DNA of 64,000 bases, taken from NCBI RefSeq assembly GCF_054482525.1, contig NZ_CM137006.1; one strand, given 5' to 3'. The notes beneath the pieces were generated by a model. That model made no database searches and was not told where the DNA came from. It saw only the letters and a program-made list of their open reading frames with translations. The translations under genes and the position numbers were made by a program. Of this stretch, positions 1 through 12,147 are shown piece after piece. Position 1 is the first letter of the stretch; every line of letters starts with the position of its first letter.

Positions 1-839
1 TGATCTTTGTTGGCCGGGTTCATTAAAATTCCCAGCAAATACAGCAACTCTTCTGCCGTACCCACACCGCCAGGGAAGATAATGATACCGTGAGCGATAC
101 GGACAAACGCTTCCAGACGTTTTTCGATATCTGGCATGATGATCAATTCGTTGACCAGCGGGTTAGGCGGTTCAGCGGCGATAATCGACGGCTCTGTCAT
201 ACCAATAAAACGACTGTCTTTGTAACGCTGCTGTGCGTGTCCGACCGCAGCGCCTTTCATCGGCGCTTCCATCGCTCCCGGACCACAGCCGGTGCAGATA
301 TTCAGCTCACGCAGGCCCAGCTGATTCCCGACGCGACGGGCATACAAATACTCGTTTTCGTTAATTGAGTGCCCGCCCCAGCAGACCACCATATTTGGCG
401 CTTCACCGACATGCAGTGCGCGAGCGTTACGCAAGATGGAAAAGACCAGGTTAGTGATGTGGACGGAGTTGTCGAGATTCAGGTTGGGAAAACGAACGGT
501 GTTATGGATTTGCCCGTAAACGAAGAGAATGTCACGCAGAACCGCGAACAAGTTGGCCTGCAAAGCGCGAATAATTCGCCCATCGACAAAAGCCTCTTCC
601 GGGGGATTAATCAGTTCCAGCTTTACGCCGCGTTCACGGCGCAGGACGTTAATATCGAAATTTTCAAAACGAGACAGCAATTCTTTGCTGTTATCGGTTA
701 AACTACCGGAGTTCAGTACGGCAAGTGAACAGTTGCGAAACAGTTGATAGAGGTCGCTGCTGGCGGTGCGTTTAAGCATATCCACTTCCAGCTGCGACAA
801 CATATCCATGGAGCCAAGCGGGCTAATATGTGTAATCAA
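1..839 (-). CDS. ppnN: Nucleotide 5'-monophosphate nucleosidase PpnN (YgdH), N-terminal 279 codons; gene runs off the window start
   Basis: Minus-strand frame translates [25 protein letters not shown]... from a TTG at 839-837, preceded by AAGGAG; recognised as PpnN/YgdH; sits downstream of queF as in K-12. Confidence 0.8.
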   Translation of the reverse strand, partial: MITHISPLGSMDMLSQLEVDMLKRTASSDLYQLFRNCSLAVLNSGSLTDNSKELLSRFENFDINVLRRERGVKLELINPPEEAFVDGRIIRALQANLFAVLRDILFVYGQIHNTVRFPNLNLDNSVHITNLVFSILRNARALHVGEAPNMVVCWGGHSINENEYLYARRVGNQLGLRELNICTGCGPGAMEAPMKGAAVGHAQQRYKDSRFIGMTEPSIIAAEPPNPLVNELIIMPDIEKRLEAFVRIAHGIIIFPGGVGTAEELLYLLGILMNPANKD

Positions 840-950
840 GAAAAACTCCTTATGGGACGAATATCGTCATTCCCTTTGATTACAATAGCCCTGCCTGATG
901 ACCTTTCACAACCTTCTGCGTGAATCCAGCACGCAAAATTGAGAAAAAAT

Positions 951-1799
951 TTATTGCCGAACCAGTCTTGTGGTCGATGGGACAAAATCGCTATTACTGC
1001 GCCACGGGTTAATGTCCAGACCGCCACGACGGGTATAACGTGCGTAAACGCTCAATTTCTCTGGCTGGCAGAAGCGTAACAGGTCATTAAAGATGCGTTC
1101 CACGCACTGTTCGTGGAACTCGTTGTGATGACGGAAAGAAACCAGGTAACGCAGCAGTTTTTCTCTGTCAATTTGGCGTCCACGATACTGAATTTGGATC
1201 GATCCCCAATCTGGTTGATGGGTGATCAGGCAGTTTGATTTCAGCAGGTGGCTGACGAGCGTCTCTTCTACTACTTTTTCGCCACTGGTGGCATTCTCCA
1301 GATAGTCAGTAGTGAATTCATAGTTATCGATAGTGATATCCTGGTCATCAATGCAAGTGCCATTGAAATGACCTATCGGTTGGCCTTCCAGTTCATCAAG
1401 ACGATATAACGCCACGCTAACCTTACCCTGGGCGCAAGTGCTTAAGTCGCGCTCCAGCGTCTGGCGCACCTCATCCCAGTTATTAAAACGCGTCTGGTTA
1501 AAACTGTTGAGATAGAGCTTAAAACTCTTCGACTCAATCAGATTTGCGCTGGTGTAATCAAGTTCAACATGACCGACGGCGACCTGCGGCAAACCTTTCG
1601 CATTCAGCCAGGAAAGTTCATACAGCGTCCAGATATCCGTACCGTGAAAAGGCAGGTTATCCGCTTTCAGACCCAGCGGATCGCGATTCAGACTACGCGG
1701 AACGCCTTGCAGTAGGCTGGCGTCATAGGTATCCCGGTAATCGGTTGATTTTCCAAGAGTCAGGCCCGCAAGTGCCTGATGGTTTGCATAAGAAGACAT
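951..1799 (-). CDS. queF: NADPH-dependent 7-cyano-7-deazaguanine (preQ0) reductase QueF
   Basis: 282-aa [47 protein letters not shown]..., recognised as E. coli QueF. Confidence 0.93.
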
Positions 1800-1866
1800 G
1801 TTTCACCGTCATAAACCAGATAAACTAAACGACAAGTGTATCTGGTTTAAGTGAAGAGAGAAATTA

Positions 1867-2412
1867 GTGGACGATTTGACCGCACAAGCCCTGAAAGATT
1901 TTACTGCACGCTACTGCGATGCGTGGCATGAAGAGCATAAAAGCTGGCCGTTAAGTGAGGAACTGTACGGCGTTCCTTCACCGTGCATTATTTCAACCAC
2001 CGAAGATGCCGTATACTGGCAACCCCAGCCGTTTACCGGGGAACAAAATGTAAACGCGGTTGAACGCGCTTTTGATATTGTGATACAACCCACAATTCAT
2101 ACCTTTTATACGACTCAGTTTGCCGGGGATATGCATGCGCAGTTTGGCGATATCAAACTGACATTGCTACAAACCTGGAGTGAAGACGACTTCCGTCGGG
2201 TGCAGGAAAATCTGATTGGTCATCTGGTGACTCAGAAAAGGCTAAAATTGCCGCCCACGCTATTTATCGCGACGCTGGAAGAAGAGTTAGAGGTCATCTC
2301 GGTGTGTAATCTCTCCGGTGAAGTGTGTAAAGAGACGCTGGGAACACGTAAACGGGCGCATTTAGCCTCAAATCTTGCGGAATTCCTTAATCAACTTAAG
2401 CCTCTTCTGTAA
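1867..2412 (+). CDS. syd: SecY-interacting protein Syd
   Basis: 181-aa ORF (GTG start) [27 protein letters not shown]..., recognised as Syd; divergent from queF. Confidence 0.9.
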   Translation: MDDLTAQALKDFTARYCDAWHEEHKSWPLSEELYGVPSPCIISTTEDAVYWQPQPFTGEQNVNAVERAFDIVIQPTIHTFYTTQFAGDMHAQFGDIKLTLLQTWSEDDFRRVQENLIGHLVTQKRLKLPPTLFIATLEEELEVISVCNLSGEVCKETLGTRKRAHLASNLAEFLNQLKPLL

Positions 2413-2431
2413 TCCAAATACCCCATCTGGT

Positions 2432-2449
2432 TGTGAGAGATCTCTTACA
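2432..2449. promoter_or_regulatory. 18-bp palindrome TGTGAGAGATCTCTTACA upstream of csrB; UvrY(SirA)-type binding box
   Basis: Perfect inverted repeat about 190 bp upstream of the csrB start; matches the UvrY/SirA box described for csrB promoters. Confidence 0.6.
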
Positions 2450-2623
2450 GACTCTGTAGGAGATCGCCAGGAAATAAGCGAATACTTAAAAAGATAAGAA
2501 TCGTTATTTTCATTTAAAATCAATATATTGCTTGTTAATCCTTAACTTTCATATGAAATTTTCCTTAAGGCATTGTCTGTAAGCGCCTTGTAAGACTTCG
2601 CGAAAAAGACGATTCTATCTTCG

Positions 2624-2989
2624 TCGACAGGGAGTCAGACAACGAAGTGAACATCAGGATGATGACACTTCTGAAGGACACACCAGGATGGTGTTTCAGG
2701 GAAAGGCTTCTGGATGAAGCGAAGAGGATGACGCAGGACGCGTTAAAGGACACCTCCAGGATGGAGAATGAGAACCGGTCAGGATGATTCGGTGGGTCAG
2801 GAAGGCCAGGGACACTTCAGGATGAAGTATCACATCGGGGTGGTGTGAGCAGGAAGCAATAGTTCAGGATGAACGATTGGCCGCAAGGCCAGAGGAAAAG
2901 TTGTCAAGGATGAGCAGGGAGCAACAAAAGTAGCTGGAATGCTGCGAAACGAACCGGGAGCACTGTGAATACAGTGCTCCCTTTTTTTA
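2624..2989 (+). ncRNA. csrB: CsrB small RNA (CsrA-sequestering decoy RNA)
   Basis: About 365 nt carrying around 20 CAGGA(U/A)G / GGA motifs (caggatg, aaggatg, ccaggatgg...), ending in a GC-rich hairpin ccgggagcactgtgaatacagtgctccc plus T7 at 2954-2988; lies between syd and yqcC as in K-12; 5' end approximate. Confidence 0.88.
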
Positions 2990-3033
2990 TTCCTGCTATC
3001 CTTCGCGGCAGTTTTTCTTATTGAGGTTGCTTT

Positions 3034-3363
3034 ATGACCACTCATGACCGCGTTCGTCTCCAGTTGCAGGCGCTTGAAGCGTTACTGCGTGAACATCAGC
3101 ACTGGCGAAACGATGAACCCCAGCCGCATCAATTTAACAGTACCCAACCGTTCTTTATGGACACCATGGAACCACTGGAGTGGTTGCAGTGGGTGCTTAT
3201 TCCGCGAATGCACGATTTGTTAGATAACAACCAGCCGTTACCGGGCGCTTTTGCCGTTGCTCCCTATTATGAAATGGCGCTGGCGACGGACCATCCGCAA
3301 CGCGCGCTTATTCTGGCTGAGCTGGAAAAACTGGATGCTCTTTTTGCGGATGATGCGAGCTAA
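3034..3363 (+). CDS. yqcC: DUF446-family protein YqcC
   Basis: 109-aa ORF MTTHDRVRLQLQALEALLREHQHWRNDEPQP..., immediately upstream of truC. Confidence 0.85.
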   Translation: MTTHDRVRLQLQALEALLREHQHWRNDEPQPHQFNSTQPFFMDTMEPLEWLQWVLIPRMHDLLDNNQPLPGAFAVAPYYEMALATDHPQRALILAELEKLDALFADDAS

Positions 3364-4145
3364 TGCTGGAAATACTCTATCAGGATGAATGGCTGGTTGC
3401 GGTAAATAAACCCTCCGGCTGGCTGGTTCACCGCAGCTGGCTGGATCGCGACGAGAAAGTAGTGGTCATGCAAACCGTGCGTGACCAGATAGGACAGCAT
3501 GTTTTTACTGCTCATCGTCTGGACCGACCCACTTCTGGTGTGTTGTTGATGGGATTATCCAGCGAGGCCGGACGGCTGCTGGCACAACAGTTTGAACAGC
3601 ACCAAATCCAGAAACGTTACCATGCGATTGTGCGCGGCTGGTTGATGGAAGAAGCGGTGCTGGATTATCCACTGGTGGAAGAACTGGACAAAATCGCTGA
3701 TAAATTTGCCCGCGAAGATAAAGGCCCGCAGCCAGCAGTGACGCATTACCGCGGTCTGGCGACCGTAGAAATGCCGGTAGCGACCGGACGTTACCCGACC
3801 ACGCGCTACGGCCTGGTGGAACTGGAGCCGAAAACCGGACGCAAACATCAGCTTCGCCGACATCTTGCCCATTTGCGCCACCCGATTATTGGCGATAGCA
3901 AACATGGCGATTTACGCCAGAATCGCAGCGGTGCTGAACATTTTGGTCTTCAGCGGTTAATGCTGCATGCCAGTCAGTTGTCATTGACGCATCCTTTTAC
4001 TGGCGAGCCGCTGACTATTCACGCGGGCCTGGACGACACCTGGATGCAGGCGTTATCACAATTTGGCTGGCGCGGTCTGCTTCCTGAAAATGAAAGGGTT
4101 GAGTTCAGTGCGCCATCGGGTCAGGATGGAGAGATAAGTTCCTAA
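3363..4145 (+). CDS. truC: tRNA pseudouridine(65) synthase TruC
   Basis: 260-aa [35 protein letters not shown]... with RluA-family motif [12 protein letters not shown]. Confidence 0.9.
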   Translation: MLEILYQDEWLVAVNKPSGWLVHRSWLDRDEKVVVMQTVRDQIGQHVFTAHRLDRPTSGVLLMGLSSEAGRLLAQQFEQHQIQKRYHAIVRGWLMEEAVLDYPLVEELDKIADKFAREDKGPQPAVTHYRGLATVEMPVATGRYPTTRYGLVELEPKTGRKHQLRRHLAHLRHPIIGDSKHGDLRQNRSGAEHFGLQRLMLHASQLSLTHPFTGEPLTIHAGLDDTWMQALSQFGWRGLLPENERVEFSAPSGQDGEISS

Positions 4146-4162
4146 TCCAGGGAGAAAACGGT

Positions 4163-4612
4163 ATGGCGGAAATTGGTATTTTTGTCGGCACCATGTACGG
4201 AAATTCGCTGTTAGTGGCGGAAGAAGCAGAAGCAATTCTGACCGCACAGGGCCACAAAGCAACGGTATTTGAAGATCCTGAATTAAGCGACTGGCTGCCC
4301 TATCAGGATAAGTATGTTCTGGTGGTTACGTCCACGACCGGGCAGGGCGACCTTCCTGATAGCATTGTGCCGCTCTTTCAGGGAATCAAAGATAGTCTGG
4401 GCTTCCAGCCGAATCTGCGTTATGGCGTGATTGCGCTCGGCGACAGCAGTTATGTGAATTTCTGCAATGGCGGCAAACAGTTCGATGCCTTGTTGCAGGA
4501 ACAGAGCGCTCAGCGGGTTGGCGAAATGCTGTTGATTGACGCCAGTGAGAACCCGGAACCGGAAACGGAATCAAATCCGTGGGTCGAACATTGGGGCACG
4601 CTGTTGTCCTGA
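4163..4612 (+). CDS. yqcA: Flavodoxin-like protein YqcA
   Basis: 149-aa [29 protein letters not shown]... with flavodoxin fold signature. Confidence 0.88.
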   Translation: MAEIGIFVGTMYGNSLLVAEEAEAILTAQGHKATVFEDPELSDWLPYQDKYVLVVTSTTGQGDLPDSIVPLFQGIKDSLGFQPNLRYGVIALGDSSYVNFCNGGKQFDALLQEQSAQRVGEMLLIDASENPEPETESNPWVEHWGTLLS

Positions 4613-5046
4613 TATGTTCAGCGAGCGGTAAATGCCGTTTTAGCGGTGCTGAATCGAATCTTTTCAGGCAAATGCCAGTAAAAACTGCTTCATAGCGCGG
4701 ATTTTTACTGGCGTTTGCCTGGAGTCAAGCGATCCATTTCATACTCTTCTTTATTTCTTCGTTTTAACCCTTCCTTTCTTGTTTTTGTTTTCATTTCCGT
4801 GAAGTGGATTCCACCGTCCAGGGCTAATGCCAAAATCGGGCCTCATTGAACGCATTAATGTTGTGTTGTTGCACGGTGAGCCGCTATGGCGCGCTTTTTA
4901 TACTGCTATTGCCAGATATAAACACGCGCCGTATTCGGCGAACGACCTATAAAAACGGCAAAAAACACCCTACGTCACCTCTGATTTCCTGGCGATGTCG
5001 CAGTCCAGAGTGAGCGTGGCTAACGCGAATTTTCAGGAGTGCAACA

Positions 5047-6399
5047 ATGAGTTCTTTAAGTCAGGCTGCGAGCAGTGTGGAAAAACGCACGAATGCTCGT
5101 TACTGGATAGTGGTGATGTTGTTTATCGTCACATCCTTCAACTACGGCGACCGCGCTACGCTCTCTATCGCCGGTTCGGAAATGGCCAAAGATATCGGCC
5201 TTGATCCTGTGGGAATGGGCTATGTGTTCTCTGCTTTCTCATGGGCTTATGTTATCGGGCAGATCCCTGGTGGCTGGTTGCTGGACCGTTTTGGTTCAAA
5301 ACGCGTCTACTTCTGGTCGATCTTTATCTGGTCGATGTTTACCTTGCTGCAAGGCTTCGTCGATATTTTTAGTGGATTCGGCATTATCGTTGCCCTGTTT
5401 ACGCTGCGCTTCCTGGTCGGGCTTGCTGAAGCGCCATCTTTCCCCGGTAACAGTCGCATTGTAGCGGCCTGGTTTCCGGCGCAGGAAAGGGGAACGGCGG
5501 TGTCGATTTTTAACTCCGCTCAATACTTCGCAACGGTGATCTTCGCGCCGATTATGGGCTGGCTGACGCATGAAGTGGGCTGGTCACACGTCTTTTTCTT
5601 TATGGGCGGTCTGGGCATTGTCATCAGCTTTATCTGGTTGAAAGTCATCCACGAGCCAAATCAACATCCGGGTGTAAATCAGAAAGAGCTGGAGTACATC
5701 GCTGCGGGTGGCGCGCTGATCAATATGGATCAGCAAAACACCAAAGTTAAAGTACCGTTCAGCGTGAAGTGGGGGCAGATCAAACAGCTGCTCGGGTCAC
5801 GGATGATGATCGGCGTTTATATCGGTCAGTACTGTATCAACGCCCTGACTTACTTCTTTATTACCTGGTTCCCGGTTTATCTGGTGCAGGCGCGCGGGAT
5901 GTCGATTCTTAAAGCGGGCTTTGTGGCTTCCGTTCCGGCGGTTTGCGGTTTTATCGGCGGTGTGCTGGGTGGGATTATTTCCGACTGGCTGATGCGCCGC
6001 ACGGGATCGCTGAACATTGCGCGTAAAACACCGATCGTAATGGGCATGTTGCTGTCGATGGTGATGGTGTTCTGCAACTACGTCAACGTTGAGTGGATGA
6101 TCATCGGCTTTATGGCGCTGGCCTTCTTCGGTAAGGGCATCGGGGCGCTGGGTTGGGCAGTAATGGCAGATACCGCGCCAAAAGAGATCAGCGGTCTTTC
6201 CGGTGGCCTGTTCAACATGTTCGGTAACATTTCTGGCATCGTCACGCCAATCGCAATTGGTTATATCGTTGGCACGACTGGCTCCTTTAATGGGGCGCTG
6301 ATTTATGTTGGTGTTCATGCCTTAATCGCGGTACTGAGCTACCTGGTGCTGGTGGGCGATATCAAGCGTATCGAGCTGAAACCTGTCGCGGGGCAATAA
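5047..6399 (+). CDS. gudP: MFS glucarate/galactarate transporter GudP
   Basis: 450-aa polytopic membrane ORF, first gene of the gudPXD arrangement. Confidence 0.9.
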   Translation: MSSLSQAASSVEKRTNARYWIVVMLFIVTSFNYGDRATLSIAGSEMAKDIGLDPVGMGYVFSAFSWAYVIGQIPGGWLLDRFGSKRVYFWSIFIWSMFTLLQGFVDIFSGFGIIVALFTLRFLVGLAEAPSFPGNSRIVAAWFPAQERGTAVSIFNSAQYFATVIFAPIMGWLTHEVGWSHVFFFMGGLGIVISFIWLKVIHEPNQHPGVNQKELEYIAAGGALINMDQQNTKVKVPFSVKWGQIKQLLGSRMMIGVYIGQYCINALTYFFITWFPVYLVQARGMSILKAGFVASVPAVCGFIGGVLGGIISDWLMRRTGSLNIARKTPIVMGMLLSMVMVFCNYVNVEWMIIGFMALAFFGKGIGALGWAVMADTAPKEISGLSGGLFNMFGNISGIVTPIAIGYIVGTTGSFNGALIYVGVHALIAVLSYLVLVGDIKRIELKPVAGQ

Positions 6400-6400
6400 G

Positions 6401-7741
6401 ATGACGACACAATCCAGTCCTGTTATTACTGATATGAAAGTCATTCCGGTCGCCGGGCACGATAGCATGTTGCTTAATATTGGTGGGGCGCATAACGCAT
6501 ATTTCACTCGCAATATTGTGGTACTCACCGATAACGCCGGGCATACCGGCATTGGTGAAGCGCCAGGCGGAGAGGTGATTTATCAGACGCTTGTCGATGC
6601 TATTCCGATGGTTCTGGGCCAGGAAGTTGCGCGCCTGAATAAAGTGGTCCAGCAGGTGCATAAAGGTAATCAGGCCGCCGATTTTGATACCTTCGGTAAA
6701 GGGGCCTGGACCTTTGAATTACGCGTTAACGCCGTGGCGGCGCTGGAAGCCGCCTTGCTTGACCTGCTAGGTAAGGCGCTGAATGTTCCGGTCTGCGAAC
6801 TGTTAGGGCCAGGTAAGCAACGCGAGGCTATTACCGTCCTCGGTTATCTGTTTTATATCGGTGATCGGACCAAAACCGATCTTCCTTATCTGGAAAATAC
6901 GCTGGGCAACCATGAGTGGTATCAGTTGCGCCATCAGAAAGCGATGAACAGCGAAGCCGTTGTGCGTCTGGCGGAAGCCTCACAGGATCGCTACGGCTTT
7001 AAAGATTTCAAACTTAAGGGCGGCGTGTTACCTGGCGAGCAAGAAATCGACACTGTTCGTGCATTGAAGAAACGCTTCCCGGATGCGCGGATTACCGTTG
7101 ATCCCAACGGTGCATGGCTGCTTGATGAAGCCATTTCTTTGTGCAAAGGGCTGAATGATGTTCTTACCTATGCCGAAGATCCATGCGGCGCAGAACAGGG
7201 CTTCTCCGGACGTGAAGTGATGGCGGAGTTTCGGCGGGCGACCGGCTTGCCCGTCGCGACTAACATGATCGCCACCAACTGGCGCGAAATGGGCCATGCG
7301 GTAATGCTCAATGCGGTGGATATTCCACTTGCCGATCCGCATTTCTGGACGCTTTCCGGTGCAGTCCGCGTGGCGCAGCTTTGCGACGACTGGGGGCTGA
7401 CCTGGGGCTGCCATTCCAATAACCACTTTGATATCTCTCTGGCGATGTTTACCCATGTGGGCGCGGCGGCACCGGGTAATCCCACCGCTATCGATACCCA
7501 CTGGATTTGGCAGGAGGGCGATTGTCGCCTGACCCGAAATCCGCTGGAGATTAAAAACGGAAAAATTGCCGTTCCTGATGCGCCCGGTCTGGGCGTGGAA
7601 CTGGACTGGGAACAGGTACAAAAGGCACATGAGGCCTATAAACGTCTGCCTGGCGGTGCGCGTAACGACGCAGGCCCGATGCAGTACCTGATCCCCGGCT
7701 GGACCTTTGACCGTAAACGTCCCGTTTTCGGCCGTCATTGA
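6401..7741 (+). CDS. gudX: Glucarate dehydratase-related protein GudX (enolase superfamily)
   Basis: 446-aa [41 protein letters not shown]..., paralogous to the following gudD. Confidence 0.9.
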   Translation: MTTQSSPVITDMKVIPVAGHDSMLLNIGGAHNAYFTRNIVVLTDNAGHTGIGEAPGGEVIYQTLVDAIPMVLGQEVARLNKVVQQVHKGNQAADFDTFGKGAWTFELRVNAVAALEAALLDLLGKALNVPVCELLGPGKQREAITVLGYLFYIGDRTKTDLPYLENTLGNHEWYQLRHQKAMNSEAVVRLAEASQDRYGFKDFKLKGGVLPGEQEIDTVRALKKRFPDARITVDPNGAWLLDEAISLCKGLNDVLTYAEDPCGAEQGFSGREVMAEFRRATGLPVATNMIATNWREMGHAVMLNAVDIPLADPHFWTLSGAVRVAQLCDDWGLTWGCHSNNHFDISLAMFTHVGAAAPGNPTAIDTHWIWQEGDCRLTRNPLEIKNGKIAVPDAPGLGVELDWEQVQKAHEAYKRLPGGARNDAGPMQYLIPGWTFDRKRPVFGRH

Positions 7742-7761
7742 TTCTGAAAAAGGACATAAAT

Positions 7762-9102
7762 ATGAGTTCTCAATTTACGACGCCTGTTGTTACTGAAATG
7801 CAGGTCATCCCGGTGGCGGGCCATGACAGTATGCTGATGAATCTGAGTGGTGCACACGCACCGTTCTTCACGCGTAATATTGTGATTATCAAAGATAATT
7901 CTGGTCACACCGGGGTAGGGGAAATTCCCGGCGGCGAGAAAATCCGTAAAACGCTGGAAGATGCGATTCCGCTAGTGGTGGGTAAAACGCTGGGTGAATA
8001 CAAAAACGTTCTGACGCTGGTGCGTAATACATTTGCCGATCGTGATGCCGGCGGGCGCGGTTTGCAGACATTTGATTTGCGGACCACTATTCATGTGGTT
8101 ACCGGGATAGAAGCGGCAATGCTGGATCTGCTGGGGCAGCATCTGGGGGTTAACGTGGCATCCCTGCTGGGCGATGGTCAACAGCGTAGCGAAGTCGAAA
8201 TGCTCGGTTATCTGTTCTTCGTCGGTAATCGCAAAGCCACACCGCTGCCGTATCAAAGCCAGCCGGATGATAAATGTGACTGGTATCGCCTGCGTCACGA
8301 AGAAGCGATGACGCCGGATGCGGTGGTGCGCCTGGCGGAAGCGGCATATGAAAAATATGGCTTCAACGATTTCAAACTGAAGGGCGGTGTACTGGCCGGG
8401 GAAGAAGAAGCAGAATCTATTGTGGCACTGGCGCAACGCTTCCCACAGGCGCGTATTACCCTCGATCCTAACGGTGCCTGGTCGCTGAACGAAGCGATTA
8501 AAATTGGTAAATACCTGAAAGGTTCGCTGGCTTATGCAGAAGATCCGTGTGGTGCGGAGCAAGGTTTCTCCGGGCGTGAAGTGATGGCAGAGTTCCGTCG
8601 CGCAACTGGCCTGCCGACCGCAACCAATATGATCGCCACCGACTGGCGGCAGATGGGCCATACGCTCTCCCTGCAATCCGTTGATATCCCGCTGGCGGAT
8701 CCGCATTTCTGGACGATGCAAGGTTCGGTACGTGTGGCGCAAATGTGCCATGAATTTGGCCTGACCTGGGGTTCACACTCTAACAACCACTTCGATATTT
8801 CCCTGGCGATGTTTACCCATGTAGCCGCTGCTGCACCGGGTAAAATTACTGCTATTGATACGCACTGGATCTGGCAGGAAGGCAATCAGCGTCTGACCAA
8901 AGAACCGTTTGAGATCAAAGGCGGGCTGGTTCAGGTGCCGCAAAAACCAGGATTGGGCGTAGAAATCGATATGGATCAGGTGATGAAAGCCCACGAGCTG
9001 TATCAGAAACATGGGCTTGGCGCGCGTGACGATGCGATGGGAATGCAGTACCTGATTCCTGGCTGGACGTTCGATAACAAGCGTCCGTGCATGGTGCGTT
9101 AA
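7762..9102 (+). CDS. gudD: D-glucarate dehydratase GudD
   Basis: [42 protein letters not shown]... (446 aa from the ATG at 7762; the track ORF begins 8 codons earlier at 7738). Confidence 0.9.
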   Translation: MSSQFTTPVVTEMQVIPVAGHDSMLMNLSGAHAPFFTRNIVIIKDNSGHTGVGEIPGGEKIRKTLEDAIPLVVGKTLGEYKNVLTLVRNTFADRDAGGRGLQTFDLRTTIHVVTGIEAAMLDLLGQHLGVNVASLLGDGQQRSEVEMLGYLFFVGNRKATPLPYQSQPDDKCDWYRLRHEEAMTPDAVVRLAEAAYEKYGFNDFKLKGGVLAGEEEAESIVALAQRFPQARITLDPNGAWSLNEAIKIGKYLKGSLAYAEDPCGAEQGFSGREVMAEFRRATGLPTATNMIATDWRQMGHTLSLQSVDIPLADPHFWTMQGSVRVAQMCHEFGLTWGSHSNNHFDISLAMFTHVAAAAPGKITAIDTHWIWQEGNQRLTKEPFEIKGGLVQVPQKPGLGVEIDMDQVMKAHELYQKHGLGARDDAMGMQYLIPGWTFDNKRPCMVR

Positions 9103-9113
9103 GACAGAAAACC

Positions 9114-9140
9114 AAAACCGGCTCTGTCAGGAGCCGGTTT
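9114..9140. terminator. Hairpin aaaaccggctctgtcaggagccggttt between convergent gudD and barA (bidirectional terminator candidate)
   Basis: GC-rich inverted repeat flanked by A-run and T-run, 12 bp after the gudD stop. Confidence 0.6.
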
Positions 9141-9164
9141 GAGTCTGATGCCAAACGCAAAATT

Positions 9165-9260
9165 GCCTGTTGCGCTACGTATCAGGCCTACATTATTTTT
9201 TTAATTCATTGAATTTAATTGGTGTTTATGCCGAATAAGGCGTTAACGCCGCATCCGGCA
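9165..9260. repeat. REP-like palindromic units in the gudD-barA intergenic region
   Basis: gcctgttgcgctacgtatcaggcctac and tgccgaataaggcgttaacgccgcatccggca resemble REP consensus (..GCCTGATGCG.. / ..GCCGGATGCGGCG..). Confidence 0.5.
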
Positions 9261-9334
9261 TAAACACAGGCACCTTGTCACCAGTCTGAAACCAGCGTCA
9301 TAAAAAGCCGATTGCTACTCGGCAAGACGGTCCA

Positions 9335-12091
9335 TTACCCTAGAATTTTGCTGGCTTCGCGCGCTACATTATCCATCTCGTCCAACAGTTCCAGCAGCTC
9401 CGGCTCCAAATCTTCTTCTTTAGTACCGCTACGTAGCTGTTGTTCGATCAGTTGGCAGAGATTCTTCATACGCGGCACACCGCTATAGCCGCAACTGCCA
9501 TGCAGTTTATGAATCAAATCAACCAGGCCTTCCGGGTTTTCTCCAACCAGCTGTTCCTCAACTTTGTTGCGAACTTCAGGCAGGAAATCGAGTAACATTT
9601 GCAGCATATCGCGCGCTAAATCGGTTTTTCCTGCTGCCTGGCGTAGTGCCAGTTGCCAGTCGAGGGTCGCATTCGGGTTCACCACAATTTCGTTGACTTC
9701 GGGCGTCACGACGCGAGAGGAAATACCGCTGCCAGGCTTGTAGCGCAACAGCAAATTATGCAATCGCTCTTCTTCAATCGGTTTCGCCAGATAATCGCTC
9801 ATCCCTGCGCCAAGCAGCTTCTCTTTTTGCCCGGCCATTGCATGCGCCGTTACCGCGATAACTGGCGTTTGTTGCTGATGGGGGAGCTGGTGGATGAGTT
9901 CGCAGGCCCGAATGCCGTCCATGTCCGGCATTTGAATATCCATTAAGATCAAATCGAACGGCATCTGTTTCGCCCGTTCAACCGCCTGATGCCCGCTATC
10001 GCAAAGTTCCACATGTTGCACCATATCTTCCAGCAATGCGCCGATAAGTTTCAGGTTAGCGGGGTTGTCATCAACCGCCATGACTGTCATTGCCAGCTTA
10101 CTTTCATCGGTTACAGGCAAAAGCGTGTTTTGTTTGTGATGACAAAATTCCGTCAGGGCAGGTAACAGGCGCGTAGGTGTTAATGGTTTCAGCAGACACG
10201 CGCCGATACCATCTTGCTTAAGTTTTTCAGCATTGACTTGTGCATGGCAAGGAAGTGCCAGCATGAGAAAATCGGTCATCGATACCGCTTTCGCTAATCG
10301 CTCATGTTGCATTGTTAGCGGCTCGCGGAAGGTCACCGCAATGCCTAATAACATCATGTCGTAATGCGCGGGAGGCAGCGCGGAGAACGTTGGGCTATAA
10401 ACCACTTCCAGCGGCGTTTCACTTAAAATATCCAGCGTGCATTGCGCTGCTGCGGAGTTTGGTTCGACATAGGCCAGGCGCTTGCCGGCGAGGCACTGGG
10501 TGGATGGCCCTTCGATAATAATGTTCGGGTTCAGATCGAGATTAATGTGGAACCAGAAAGTTGAACCGCGATTCGGCTGGCTATGGAACGAAATATCGCC
10601 GCCCATTTCATTAACCAGTTTTTGTGTAATCACCAGCCCCAGCCCGGTGCCACCATGACGGCGGGAAATACTGGCATCAGCCTGTCGGAAGGCCTGGAAT
10701 AAGCGCGATTGATCGCGTTCAGGAATACCAATGCCGGTATCCCGAATCTGCACTTCAATCTGAACTTTGGTATTACTCAGCGCACGTTTTTCTACCAGAA
10801 TATCAATGTTGCCATTCTCGGTGAATTTAATTGCATTCCCTACCAGGTTAGTGATGATTTGCTGTAATCGCAGTGGGTCGCCAATTACGTTATCGGGCAC
10901 GTCGCTCTTAATATTGAGCGTCAGTTCCAGCCCTTTATCGTGAGAAGAATGTGCCAGCAGGGTAACTACTTCATCCAGCGTGCTGCGTAGTGGGAATGGA
11001 ATACTTTCCAGAATCAGCTTACCTGCTTCCAGTTTCGAGAAGTCGAGAACATCATTAATAATTGCCAGCAAATTATTTGCCGAACGTTCAATCGTATTCA
11101 GGTGATCGCGCTGCGTTGGTGTTAATTCTGTTTTCAGCGTCAGGCGGGTAAAGCCAATAACACCATTCAGTGGTGTACGCAGCTCGTGTGACATATTTGC
11201 CAAAAACTCGGATTTAATACGCGCCGCTTCCTGGGCGCGCTTTTTCGCCAGATCCAACTCAACGTTCTGAATTTCCATCTGCTCCAGCGTTTCACGCAGA
11301 TCGGACGTCGCCTGGTCGATATTGTGCTGCATCTCTTCGTGATAAGCAGCCAGCGACATTGCCATCGAGTTGATACCGTTTTTCAGCATATCCAGCTCGC
11401 CGAGCATAAATCCTTCCACCCGGCTGTCGAGTTGCCCGCGACGGATGCGGTCGACGGTATTCACCATATTGCGAATCGGACCGGTTACATCGCGCATTAA
11501 GCGCCAGCCAAAAATAAGCGCAATACCGATACAAAACAGCATCATCACGCTGGAAATAAAGATCTCTTTATATTGCTGCAAGCGAACCGATTTAAGATCC
11601 AGCTCAAGCGCAATATATCCCAACATATTTTGACTATTTTTGGCATCGCTACTGGGCGATTCGTCGGGGGAGTAACTCTCAGAAATAATCGGCGTGCGGA
11701 GGATCATAATATCGCCGTCACGAGTGACAGTGAGCTGGCGAGGAAACGGCACGTTGCTGCCGAGCTGCATTGATGAGGGATCAAGATGAAAATTGGAGGT
11801 GACAAAGAGTCGGTTATTTTCATCATAAACCGAAATCGCGCGAACAATATCGGAATGGCGACGATGCAGTACGCTTATTAACTGACCGATAGATTCGCGA
11901 TTTTGCAGGCTCATGCCATATTCAGTAGAAACTGCAAGCGGCTCAATAATGCTGGCACCGGCATCTTCCAGTTGACGCTGCAAGTCGTTATAGCGATGCA
12001 CAACGAAAAAGATACTCAGCAATAAACCAATAAGGACGGTCGGTGCCAGGATCAGAATCATCATGCGTGCGCGCAGGCTGTAGTTGGTCAT
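9335..12091 (-). CDS. barA: Hybrid sensor histidine kinase BarA (BarA/UvrY two-component system)
   Basis: 918-aa [48 protein letters not shown]... with HisKA/HATPase, receiver and HPt regions. Confidence 0.95.
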
Positions 12092-12147
12092 GGAGTTCCG
12101 TTATGGGACAATTAAGGTCACACTGTTAAATTGAGAAAGTCTCGCCA

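Noticed and set aside
90-701. Plus-strand ORFs of 92, 110 and 72 aa at the window start
   Set aside because: They lie antisense to the ppnN coding region, which is strongly supported on the minus strand.
7028-8751. Minus-strand ORFs of 236 and 259 aa antisense to gudX and gudD
   Set aside because: Both overlap the paralogous enolase-superfamily genes; their similarity to each other simply mirrors the gudX/gudD paralogy.
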